A DNA stretch of 50,971 nt, from NCBI RefSeq assembly GCF_006345805.1, contig NW_021834363.1, positions 1 through 50,971 on the forward strand, written 5' to 3'. A model generated the notes under the pieces. That model did not search any database. It saw only the letters and a list, made by a program, of their open reading frames with translations, and was not told the origin of the DNA. Each line of letters begins with the position of its first letter. The stretch's first letter is position 1. The position numbers and the translations under genes were made by a program. Shown one piece after another: positions 14,980 through 27,318 of this stretch. This DNA is from Octopus sinensis. Its lineage: Eukaryota.

Positions 14980-17900
14980 TTTTTTTTTCTTCTTTCAAAT
15001 TTTCTTCCATTTCTTGCCGAGTGTCTTCCCGACTCCTAGGGCAAAGAAACTCATAGTGTATATTGGTAGGCCATTAAACCAAACTCAGTAGTTCGTTAAT
15101 TTTTTTTTTTTTTTTTAATTTTAAAGTTAAATTAAAATACATGAGCAGCAACAGTTCTCACATCGACAATGCTCTTCTCAATACGTGTGATGTACCAGTT
15201 AAGACAATCTTTTGCACTTCTTGCAGGGATGGTAAGCCAGGGATCATTCTCATATAATTTTCGGTTCCCTTCTTGATCATTCCTAGTGCTCCTACGATCA
15301 CTGGTATTGTAACCGCCTTGAGATGCCACATTTTCTCAATTTCAATGAGTAGGTCTTTATATTTTCTGAGCTTGTCAAACTCTTTCGCTGAGATATTTTG
15401 ATCACAGGGGATGCTCATGTTGATCAATAAGCAAACTTTATTGTTTTGGTCTTTTACAACAATATCTGGTTTATTGGCCTTGATGGTTCGGTCTGTATGT
15501 ACTGGAAAGTCCCACAGAATGGTTACATTTTCTCCTTCAGTTACAACCTCAGGGTGGTGATTATACCACTTGTCGGCAGTTTTGATATTGTAATGCCGAC
15601 TTATTAGCCAGTGGAGATATTAGCCAACTCTGTCATGTCTTAATTTATACTCCACTGGTGCTAAGACTTTACATCCAGAGATTAGGTGGTCCACTGTTTC
15701 AATCATGTCGTTGCAGAATCGGCATTTTGGGTCTGCTCCATTTTTCATCACATTGGCCTGGTAGTTCCGGGTTAATAGGCTTTGGTCTTGAGCAGCCAGG
15801 ATGAAACCTTCGCTCTCTGCTTTTAGCCCTGAGCTCCGCAGCCACTGATGGGTTTGCTTCTGGTCAACATCAGCTTGTTTGCTGCGGGTCACATATTTGC
15901 CGTGCAGAGGTTTCTCCTCCCACCTATCAGCCAATTACTCGTGCGCTTTTTTCATTGCCATCATTTTCACCTTCTTTGCAACAATAGTTGCCGTACTTCC
16001 CTCGGGTTGTTCAATTTGGGTATCCTGCACGAGATCAATAGCAAATGTTTTGCTTTCCTTGATGATAGAATGAAGCTTCTTTCGTCTCTCGTGATTTTCC
16101 ACGAGCTTTAGCATCCAGTCATTCGATATTTCGAGATATTTGGCCAGTCCAATTGTGGTTGTTTTGTAAGCTAGTTCAAATTGGATCAGGCCTCGACCTC
16201 CTTGGGCTCTGGGAAGGTAAAGGCGATCTACGTCTGCCTTTGGGTGGTGCATCCTATTACAACTCAGCAGCTTGCGTATTTTTCTATCTATATTCTTTAC
16301 TTCACTCATATTCCAGTTCAACACATTGTAGCTATAAGTAACAACTGGAACTGCTAAGGAATTTATAGCTAACACCTTGTTACGTGCATTTATTTCAGAT
16401 TTCAGGACTGCACGAACTCTCCTATAACATTCCTTCCTGATTTTCTCTTTCATGCTTGCATGCTGAATACCAGAGCCTTCATTTATCCCTAAATATTTGT
16501 ATGTCTGTTCTTGCTCAAGCTCTCTTATGACTGTGTCAACATCTAACACGACTGAATTTGTGGTCTTCACTTTCCCTTTCTGGAAAGTGGCCTTGGCACA
16601 CTTCTCAAGTCCAAACTCCATCCCGATGTCATCGCTGAATGCTTTCACGGTGCGCAATAGGCCTTCAAGTTCATTATTGTCTTTACCATAAAGTTTTAAG
16701 TCATCCATATAAAATAGACGGCTTATTTTTTTATTGGCAATTTTATACCCATACCCTGTTCTGTTTCATTCACTTGTAAGGGGTATTAGGGCTATGCAGA
16801 ATATTAAAGGTGAAAGTGAGTCACCTTGAAAAATTCCACAGTTGATGTTTATATTTTCTGAGGCAAGTACTCCATTAGAGTGGTATAATTGGAGATTCGT
16901 ATTCCACAACGACATATTGTGCTTCAGGAAGTTTGAAATCACAGGGGAAATTTTAAAGATGTCCAGCGATCTCAAGATCCATGGATGCAGTATACTGTCG
17001 AAGGCCTTTTTATAGTCAATCCATGCGGTGCTGAGATTTCTGCGCTTGTTGTGACAGTTCTCAAGGATCATACGATTGATTAGCAGTTGATCTTTGCATC
17101 CGTAAGAGCCTCGGCGGCACCCTTTTTGTTCAATGGGGAAAATATCGTTCTTCTCCATGAATGCATATGTTTTCTCCGCCGGGATAGATGTTAGGATTTT
17201 ATACGTGGTGGATAGACAGGTTATAGGCCGATAGTTTTTTGGAAGGTTGGTTTCGTTATTCTTTGAGAGTAGGTAAGTAATGCCACTTGCTAACCATTCA
17301 GGTGTTTTCTTTGGGTCTCTCAAATTCCATTGAGCAGCTGAACTAGCTTACCGTGTGCGCACGGGAGCGATGCGAGCCAGAAATTCGGTACCCTATCTTT
17401 ACCGGGGGATTTCCAATTATGGGCCTTCGTGAGTGCCTTTCTTAGGTCTGCTATTGTGATGTCTTCCCATGCTTGTTGTTGTAAATTTTGGTAGGATCCT
17501 TCAGTTTGTATAATCCAGTCTGCATTTATGTTGTACGTCTTCTTGTCACTCCAAATCCTTTCCCAAAAGTTTTGAACTTCTTCCATGGGAGGGGGTCTTT
17601 AACGGTTACTTTCTCCTTCCCTATTCTCTGTAGAATTTTTTGGCATTGGATGTGAACAGCTTATTTTGCTTGTAAAACTTGTTTCTCTTCTCAAATCTTC
17701 GTATTCTTTGGGCTTTTGCTTGGACTTTTTGTTTCAGCGTTTCTTTTATTGATATCAGTTCTTCTCTTGGTGAGGATCCAAATTTTCTCTTCATCTTTCT
17801 TCCTGTTCTGGATCTTACATCATTTCCACATATTAGTTCATTTAATATTGATATTTCCCCTCTCATAAATTCAATCTCTTTTTCAATTTCACTTTCCAGG

Positions 17901-18950
17901 TTTGATTTCTTCCCAGGTTTGGTTTTCTTTGTTTTTTTTCGGGGGCATACAGCTGGTTTCAATTGCCCTAGCAGAAGCGTAAATAATTTCATTTAACTCA
18001 GAAAATCAGGTTTTAATTCTCTTATTATTTCATTTGTACATAGTTGCCAATTTGGATTTGTTTTTTATTTTGGTTTGTATTTGAGAGTTTATGAAGCGGT
18101 TCTCTATCATTCATACTTGTATGTCTTACAACTTCAAGCGTATTCAGGATTTTCTGCCTCATTTCTGCCATAGACTCTCTGTGTTCTTCAGCAAATGCGA
18201 GATCTTCAGTTACTGTTGTTTTTTCGTTTTCCTGGCTATCTTTAACAGGTACAATAGAATTTCTTGTATCTTCAGGCCTTTGCGTACTTTGGTCAGATGG
18301 CAGTCTTTCAATTAAGCCTCGTGGCGGGCTATACTGTTCATCTGATTCTTCATTTCCTTGTGTCTTATATTTATGTCATTTTCCGTTGCGTGCTTGATCG
18401 CACTTATTTCACTGTCTGTGAGTCTGTTATTTCTAAAGATATCCCTCCTCACATTTGCTAATTTGTTCTCGTCCAAATAGGGCCTACTGTCTTGATTCCG
18501 TGTTCCCCATATACTGTAAGAGTTTGCGGTGTGTCTCTCTTGAGATGGCCTACCTAATGCATAGTAATAAGCGTATATTACTTCTTTATACTCTTCTCGG
18601 GTCCATTTGTTCCGCTTACATTTTCTTTCTGTGGTGGTTGTGGTGGTGAACTTGGAGGGCTCGAGTTGGGGGATTTCCCGTTCAAGTGACCATCCATGTC
18701 CGTATTCGGAGAAGAGTTTGTGCCAGTTGATGACTTTTCGATCCCAGGCTGGCTCTTCCCTGGGGGACGCGCTTCCAGATTAACCATAGGACAAGCGATT
18801 TGGTATACTGATTTAGTTTTCCTTTTAGTTTCCAAAAACATTTTGGTGCTACGATAATGTTATCATTTTTTAGCTTTGATTGGCTCGTGGGGAGACGGCC
18901 ATCATTGCCGTTACATTATAATCGTACCATTATAGCAGCCGTAGTCGGCT
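14979..18950 (-). mobile_element. Full-length R4/Dong element, subfamily A, disabled; single ORF of about 1220 aa from ATG 18841 to stop 15158
   Basis: About 110-nt 5' UTR; Myb-like N-terminus KWTREEYKEVIYAYY...NVRRDI; RT (NYRPITCL, DYKKAFDS, FQGDSLSPL, YMDD, KYLG); CRFC...HLISGC; KPDIVV/LINMSIP nuclease. AAT repeats on the element sense strand at both ends. Nonsense codons at 16766, 15935 and 15620 plus 1-nt indels. Confidence 0.95.
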
Positions 18951-19314
18951 TATTATTGTTATTATCTTCGCCATTACCATCACTATCATCATTATCACCA
19001 CCATTACCATCATCATTATCATCATCACCATCACCATCACCACCATCATCATCAATGATATTGTTTATGTGTAGTCACAGCAGTATCTTATTATTGTTTT
19101 TTTTTTTTGTTTTTTATCATTATCACCATCACAGTAGTGTCTGTCTGTCTCGTTGGCTGGCTTGGTGTTGGCTGGCTGACTGTCTTCAATGCCAGAGTTC
19201 TTGCCTGTCAAATAATACTTTCATATTTGGTTAACAATAGAGCCGAGGTGAGGTTTGTATGTGTTGTGTGTGTATGTAGATAGATAGATAGAATATCAGC
19301 ACTATTACTATCTT

Positions 19315-20472
19315 TTTTTTTTTTTTTTTGGGGTGTGGTCAAAAAAGTTCAGATGTTTACTACTATTAGCCTTAAGAAAAATTAAGGAAGGGCTGTTCTG
19401 TATTGTTTGTGAATAGAGAAGTTGTGTTCGACCAGAGAGAATCTTAGCATCATCATTTTTTTTTTTCCATGTGCGTTTGTGTTATTGCAATAAAAAGTGT
19501 TTGTATATTTCGTGTAAGGTAATATTGTGGAGGTTGAAGTTGACTTTTCTAGAGATGTTTGTATGTCCAGTTAGAAGAACAGGTGTTTGTTTTGCAATAA
19601 AAAGTATATGTTTACGTTTATATTTGAATATTCAGGGAGGAAGCAAAGAAAAGTCAGATTTTCATAGAAAGTTTTACGGTTTTGAAAGTCCACAAAAAGA
19701 AAAGCGTGATGTTTTTAGAGAGAAGAAAAAAAAAGGATGTTTACAGAGGCAATTGTGGGTATCAAAGTTTTTAAAGCTGGTCGAATGTATGTTTGAAAAC
19801 TGTAGATATGTAAATTTGTAAATTTTCTTAACTTATTTTGAAGGGCTGTTCTGTATTATTTGTGAATAGAGAGAAGCTGTGTTCGACCAAGAGAATCTTA
19901 GCATCATTATTTTTTCCATGTGCGTTTGTGTTATTGCAATAAAAAGTGTTTGTATATTTCGTGCAAGGTAATATTGTGGAGGTTGAAGTTGACCCCTCTA
20001 GAGATGTTTGTATGTCCAGTTAGAAGAACAGGTGTGTTTTTGCAATAAAAAGTATATGTTTACATTTATATTTGAATATTCAGGGAGGAAGCAAAGAAAA
20101 GTCAGATATTCATAGAAAGTTTTAGGGTTTTGCAAGTCTACAAAAAGAAAAAAAAGAAAAGCGTGATGTTTTTGAGAGAAGAAAAAAAAAGAAAAGAAAG
20201 AAAAAAGGGTGCTTACAGAGGCAGTTGTGGGTATTAAAGTTTTTAAAGCCGATCGGATGTATGTTTGAAAGCTGTAGATACGTAAATTTGTAAATTTTCT
20301 TAACCCACTTTGAAGAGAATTTCAAATACTCACGAGGTATTGTAGATGTTCCAGTCTTTGAGAGTTATTTTTCCCCGTTGCTAAACTGGCCCATATTAGT
20401 GTTTCTATGGCTTTCGGCCACCGAACTGTCAGAGCAGTGAGGAACACGTCCAGCCGCTGTCAAGGCTGGTGC
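19315..20472 (-). mobile_element. Repeat Y, copy 2, with an internal ~453-bp head-to-tail duplication
   Basis: Reverse-complement homology to 5735-6467; gaagggctgttctgtatt recurs at 19387 and 19840. Confidence 0.6.
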
Positions 20473-20525
<53 letters not shown>

Positions 20526-21400
20526 GAGGGGCTGGAATTAATAAAATTAATGTTGTAACTCCCAGAAAATGGACTTTTATTTAGCAGACTGGTATTATGA
20601 GAAGATATAATTTGTGAAAGATTTTTTGTGTTGGAGAAGGCAACTCTAACTATAAGAGAATTAATAATTTTTTGGAAAGTTCCTAGCAACCACATCACGG
20701 AATTGTAAAGGAAGATTAGATTTAATTTGTTTTCCATACGGAATAACAAACAGACAGTTTTCCTAGTAACATTCAAATTGTAAGCGGTATTATCTTTAAA
20801 GAACAGTGAAATACCTCTAGAGTGGAAAAATGGCCTTAAAATAACGCTTGCCTCCCTTACCCCGTACAGGAATTTTATTTTTTGTGTTGTTTACAATATT
20901 AGAATTAAAATCACACTTATTATTACAACTAGATTTCTTGTCTTGAACAGTAGATGAAGGACGAAATTGAGCAGAATCAATGTATGTAACTTTTTCTTTA
21001 TATCCTGCTTTAACTAAAGCAGAGTTATAAAAATTCTGCCTTGTCGTTAAAAATGTCAAATTGGCGAATAGTTTAGACAATCTAACTGAAATGTTTTTAA
21101 CTAAATTCTTATTAATTGCCCTAGCGAGATTACTGGAAGGACTAATATAATTGATATTTGTGGAAGGTTTGGTGTATGGGAAGTACGAGTTATTTTGTAA
21201 TTAAGAGTAATATCTAAGAAGTTAGCCTTAGTTAACTCATCGTCAAAAACAATGTGAAAGCTCATTCTACGAAAAAACCTAACTAATCTATTCTTAACCT
21301 TCTATTTCAGTTAGATTGTCTAAACTAACAGTATCATAATTTCTGATGTATTAACTTTAGGTTGGCTGAGTTTGATGTCAGGGAAATTCTCGGCTACTTC
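20526..21400 (-). mobile_element. Penelope-like element relic (RT C-terminal/thumb-linker region)
   Basis: NFLDITLN...YFPYTKPSTNINYISPSSN..., FYNSALVKAGYKEKVTY and VRVAFSNTKNLSQIISSHNTSLL match motifs I recall from Penelope ORFs; no GIY-YIG domain seen. Confidence 0.7.
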
Positions 21401-23117
21401 TTGTAGGTGAAGCCTTCTTTATGAACCTTCTTCAATTCTTTTCTGAATTCTTTGAAACAGTTGATGGAGTTACAGACCAATCAGCGCTGCTGTCTTACTC
21501 ACACATTTCTCCATTCTTTTACCAAATTTCAATCTGTGCTCGTTTCTCATGCTTCTTCTTTGTCATTTTTATTTGGCATCTGAAGATGAATTTGGACATG
21601 ACTGTCAAGGAAATGATTACACAGACAAGATTGTTTGAGTTTTCTAGTGTTAAAAATAACATTTTGGAAAATCCAATTTACTAAAAGTAATAAGCCTATT
21701 GAAATGTGCAGGGGTGACTAAAGCTTCTCGGGTTACTGTGCATGCATGTATAAAACTGAGTTATCCGCATGAATGATGTTAATGCATTATTTACAGATAT
21801 AGATTTACAATTTTACACATATATTTATATATTTCACATGCACAGGAAATAGTTTACCCCTATTCAGGCATAGTTCTGACAATACAGTCTGTCTACCACC
21901 ACTTGGGTTCTGTTTTGATCAGGAAAGCACAGAGGAAGGTTGTTTTGTTGGTTGAGAAGTATTATTGATGCTTTTCAGGAATTGGCTTACTTTTTGTTTC
22001 CCAGTATTTTGTGTGTACGTATATCATTGAAATCGAGAGACTCGCAAAGGTAGAGAATTATTATTTTCTTGGTTTAGCAACATGTCAGTGTTGCGGGAGT
22101 AGATATATGATACAAGACATTCTAACCTTGACCACCACCCTCTCTATTCACATGCATTGTCCACCAATGTATCTCCTTCTAAGAATTGAAGGAAGGATTT
22201 GAGAGATATTTGGCTGTTGTTTTTAGCATTTTGTTTTCTTTGAATGAGTTTAATGTGAGACGAGGTGTCAGTCTGAGGATAAAGCATGAATCAATCTGGT
22301 TTTCTTTTTTTTCTCTGGGGTTGGAATCCCTATAAATGCTGTCCTTTTCTGTTTGTTATTGTTATTTTTGTGGTTTAACACCTTTTCATCCAGAAGAAGT
22401 CTATGTCTTCTCGTGAAGAAGTTTCTGTGATGTTCACTACTCCTCCTCTCAATCTCTGTATACTGCTGCCTGGTTCTGGTTAATTTTTTCTTTTTCGTTT
22501 ACTGTTTTTCTCTTGGTTATTCTCTTCTGATTTCGAGGTTCTCACTGACATCTTTTAGCTCCTGTTTGAGAGTGGTCAGTTCGTAATTGAATGTCCTCTT
22601 TTTGCTATCCAAAACATCACTTCTATCTCCTTCTTCTCTTCTCTTGGTGAACTTTTAATACCGTGTCTGGCAGTCTTTTGCTTACTTTGATATAGAATTA
22701 TCTCTCTTCGAGAGAGTGCTTCGAAATCAAAGTTATTTCTTCTTGAAAAATTTTTAGTCGGGGCACCGCCATATAGCCCTGACTACTATTGCTACTTTCG
22801 CAGTAAAATGATTTAGTTGTGGATGCAGATCGTCCATGTATGGTTCCAATCTGACCAAACATCCAACAAAAGGGTTTTGTTTAGCTCTTCTATAACAATT
22901 AATAAATCTGTCCACAATTCATAAATCCAAGAAAAAAAAATTAGTTTTGTGGTTACGGTTTCTTCTCTAACTAAAGCTAGAAAGAATCTGTTTATCTGTT
23001 GAGCTGTTGTTTTTGTTCTGTTCCTTGGTTGTGTTGTTGTTGATGTTGTGTCCAGCCATGTTGTTTGTAGTAAATCTCTGCATGCTAAATTCAAGTTTCA
23101 GTCGAAAATCAATACGA

Positions 23118-24994
23118 TCTCTTATTATAAAAGGCAGATTTTATCTGCCTCCCTTTGGGAGTTATACAAATCTACAATATAGGATTTCTTCAATTACAAT
23201 TTACCTTGCATTTTTAAGAGTACAATGCATCGCGTCATGCCAGGTCCAGTTTTTAAAATTTAAACTCCAATTAAGCAAAATTTACAGAAAACTCACATTC
23301 TGGTGTGTGTGTCAAATGCTTTTCTTAGTCTGGTTTACAGCACACGCAAACGCACACACACACTGTGTAACGAATAAAGTGAAACTAGATGTAATATTTG
23401 TTTCTGTCTATCACGCTGATAGATACATGAGTAAAATGTATGGGAAGCTAACAAATAAGAGTGAGTGAAAATGTTCTTGGAAGAGAGTAAATTTGAAGCT
23501 TGAGAACAATCAGATACATTTGCAAAACACATCTGTTGAAAATATTATTGTTCACACACATACATATACATATATACATACAGACAGACAGACAGATAGA
23601 CACACACACACACCACACACACATGATCCAGCATGGCCACAACCTCAAGGCTGAAACATATAAAAGAATAACAGAATATAAATGTGTGCATGTGTGTGAG
23701 AGAAAGAGTGTGTGTGTATATGTATGCATGTATGTATGTATATATATATAATAATGCGGTTTTTTTCAACAGCTTGAACTAAAAGCCAGAGGGGAATGGG
23801 ATAAACTACTTATATTAACTTGCTATAAAAGCAGGTAGTAATTTTATCGTGTCCTTATTCATAGTGCAAGTTTTGAAGAGTGCATTTCGATTTTAACAGC
23901 TATTTTTTTCAAAGCTATGTTGGAAGTAACAAAGGAGCATATTTGGCATATTTTGCTTTATGAGTTCAATAAAGACAACAACGCAACGGAAAGTACAAGA
24001 AATATTAATGCAGTATATGGGGATTGGACAATAAGCGTAAGGCAGTGTCAATGGTGGTTCCAGAAATTCCGAGCCATAAACTACAGCCTAGAAGACGAGC
24101 CTCATCCTGAAAGATCTGTAGAACTCGACAAGGACATCCTGAAAACCCTGGTGGAACAAAATCTCATCGTAACTGTTGAGGAACTAGCAGAGAAGCTTGG
24201 ATTTGGTCATTCAACCATTCATTGAGACCTGTGTGCTATCGGAAAAGTCAGCAAATTGGGTCAATGGGTTCCTCACGAACTTCCGAGTCTAATTGCATGC
24301 AGAGAGTGAATGTATGCTTTTCTTTGCTGTCACATCTCACCACTACTGCGCTATGTATATCTATATATAAAAACTGTAGTTGTGTGAGTGTCTGTCCCCT
24401 TCGATTTAGATTCCTAACTACTCCCACATTTTGCGGTGCAGTTTAACCAAATTCGGGTAGCTTATAGTCGTGATTCATATCGAGCCCGTCTGAGTATTAG
24501 CGCGCGTCTACGATAAGTCTACGATTTTAAAAATAATTTAACATCATTTTTTATTCCATTTTAATGCATAATTTTTCGTGTGTCGATGGCGGCGGAGTTG
24601 GCGTCCACGCTCACACCTGCACCTGTGGGGGAAGGGAGTGTAAGGAAATCAACGTCGTAATGCGTTGTAAAGGAGACCAGCGTTCTTTTAGAACAACGAC
24701 TTCATGGCTTGAAGACACCAAAACAGAAATGGCTAAGAAAGCGTCTACATGAGTCTACGATTTTAAAAAAAAATTTACCATCGTTTATTTTTCCATTTTA
24801 ATGCATTTTTTCGCTATTATATAAGGAAGTAACTCTCTAAAAATGTCTACGATGAGTCAACGATTTAAAAAAAATTACCATCATATTTTTTCCATTTTAA
24901 TGCATTTTTTGCTATTTTTTGGCTATAACTCTCTAAAAATGCTTATATAGTTATTTCCCTTACAAACCCGAGCAACGCCGGGCGATACTGCTAG
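23118..24994 (+). mobile_element. Non-autonomous composite Helitron
   Basis: Starts TC after A; ends cccg-agcaacgc-cggg hairpin ...CTAG before T; no TSD. Empty A|T site preserved in the duplicate at 30132/30133. A second TC-type start is near 24360. Confidence 0.85.
23840..24345 (+). mobile_element. mariner transposase N-terminal fragment inside the Helitron
   Basis: HIWHILLYEF...RQCQWWFQKFR...SLEDEP (HTH region) followed by LGQWVPHEL. Confidence 0.9.
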
Positions 24995-25152
24995 TCTTTA
25001 ATAAAAGGCTCCTTCAGTTAATACTTCTAAAGATTAACCAGTTATTTGATAAGGCTGGTAGTTTTAGCTTCAGAGTTGGAGATAGTAAACATCATATTTT
25101 CGATGAATAGTCTGCCACATCAAATACGCGACGTGTCGCTTGGAGTTCGTAA

Positions 25153-25400
25153 GTATGTATGTATGTATGTATGTATGTATGTATGTATGTATGTATGTAT
25201 GTATGTATGTATGTATGTATGTAGGTATGTATGTATGCAGGAATGCATGCATGCATGCATGTATGTATGTATGTATGTACGTATGTATGTATGTATGCAT
25301 GCATGCATTCATGTATGTATGTATGTATGTATACATGCATGCATGCATGCATGTATGTATGTATGTATGTATGTATGTATGTATGTATGTATGTATGTAT
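25153..25400. repeat. (TATG)n/(ATAC)n microsatellite between two lineage-C LINEs
   Basis: Direct reading. Confidence 0.95.
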
Positions 25401-27260
25401 ATGCAGATTTTTATGTTTATGTATGTATTCTCAAGCACATAGTTACATATCTAGAAATGCTCATATATATTTAATGATAAACTTCTGGAAAGTTTCTCAG
25501 ACTTTTACAGTTCCAGTGATGGGTCGTATCTGTAGTCTTCAAATTAGCTTTCTCCTCTCTGGTTTTGAGAAGTCTAATTTCTCTAGATTGGTATTTAGGC
25601 ATTGTGTAACACATCCCAGAGTCCCAATAATTACAGGTATAAACCTGAACTTGTAATCTGAATAGAGAAACTGCTGATTTCAGCTTTATGTTCACAGCTG
25701 CTGGGAAGTTAATTGCCACAACTGTACACAGTTTCTCTTCTCTATCTCAAATCATTCTCTCAGGTCTGTTGGGATTACAGTTTTTTGTGGTCTACACTGG
25801 GACATTCCATCAGTATTCTTTTTTGTTACGTGTGGCTATGACTTCTACCATACTGTGGATTCTTATTTCATTCTTCTCGGGATTATGCTTACCACGGATT
25901 TCCTTATAGAGTGTCCTAGCTACAACGTCATGTGACATTTAAGGTGATGGTATTTTCGGACAACTGCTTAAGGTGTGGGTGATATCTTCATTGTGAACTC
26001 CACAAATTCTGCATTGGTTGTCACATTTGAATGCTTTACCTACATCTCCATCCCTTTTGTTCATCAGATACTTGGTAGATATTTCCTATTCCTGGATTGC
26101 AAACGCATACCCTTCAAAGTGGGAGGTAGTAATCCCGCTGGTGGTCCATAATAAATAGCTTTGATGATCGATGTTACTATCATCACGGAGCTTTCTACTA
26201 TCATATCCATGCATGGTCGTCTGCTTACATAGGCTCATCCTTTCATCTGATGATAAGTTGCAGTAGAGTCGTGCGGCTTATTTGAGCATGTATTCTAGAT
26301 TATCAGACAAAGAGTGTTGCTCAAGGAGCTGCCTTCCAAGTCTTATGATGTTATTAGCTTCATGTATGCAAACTTGGTCAAGGGATGCTCGTCGACAATT
26401 GGTGTGTAAAAGATTTTGCCGAAGGGATATGATGCGACATTGAAAGGCATTTGGGATAGATGTTAAGCCTCTGCCACCTTGTTTTCGTTTTAGGTAGGGG
26501 AGGTCTACGTTGGGACTAGTACTGGCACTGCAAAGACATTGTGGGACACTGGTTCATTGAATGTAGAAAGTTCTGAGGTCCAAAGTTTCTTTATTTGGCT
26601 GTAATATTCTTTAGTGACAGGTGTTTCTTTACAGGTGCCAATGGTAGATATATTTTCATCCACCCCTAGATACCAGATACAGGGGAAACAGTTAAATTAT
26701 TGACGGAGATGCTACTAGTCTGGTTTAAAGTATTCCCCCTTTTCACAACCATATGACAACATTTATACTGACCAAACTCCAAACCTACATCCTTTGAGGA
26801 TGTTGTAACTAGCTCAAGGCTCTTTTTCATCTCATGCATATTCTTTGCATAAAGTTTTAAGTCAGTCACAAAGAAACAGTGTGTAATTTTGGTATTTCTG
26901 TTTCCTTGTGAACCTGTGAGATATCCTACAGACTTCCTTAACATGAATGAAGAAGGGTTTACACAAAGTATAAACAACATCATAGAGTGGCTGTCCCCTT
27001 GGAATATACCTTTGCGATATCAGTGATCATACATTAACTCTTTGTGATTAATTTTAGTATAGTGGACTACGATGAAGTCAGCTCAGCCATGGCTTTGACT
27101 ATTCTCACTGGAACTTTAGCAAGTTGAGGGGTTTCTGGCATCCATGAGTAGGGAACACAGTGAAAGGTTTTCTTGTAATGTAGCCACAATGAAACTAACT
27201 TCCTCCTATGCTCTCGCACCTCTGACACCTCAGTTTTCTTGATTAACAGTTGCTCGGCAC
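25401..27260 (-). mobile_element. 5'-truncated degenerate R4-like LINE, lineage C (RT to RLE plus 3' UTR), flanked by ATAC repeats
   Basis: IFQGDSHS, HCFFVTDLKLY, GLEFGQYKC, YKFRFIPVIIGTLG...TGTVKV*ETFQKF. On the element strand catacatacat precedes the 5' end and (ATAC)n follows the 3' end. Confidence 0.8.
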
Positions 27261-27318
27261 ATGTATGTATGTTACATATATATATATATTTCTCTCTCTT
27301 CTGTTTTTGATAATTTAA

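Larger units (their letters stand above)
21730..25150 (-). mobile_element. Degenerate R4-like LINE, lineage C (N-terminal to RT part), interrupted by a Helitron at 23118-24994
   Basis: Homologous to 29480-30282, whose translation RFKRNQAAVYSDMRR...DLFWRKI resembles the R4 pre-RT region. The 5' side abuts (ATAC)n. Left boundary is approximate. Confidence 0.55.

Noticed and set aside
18841-18950. HDV-like ribozyme in the 5' UTR of the full-length R4 element (cgt-ctcccc-acg, gctaa)
   Set aside because: P1 would have only 4 bp and no P2 partner follows the putative J4/2; I cannot fold it into the nested double pseudoknot by hand.
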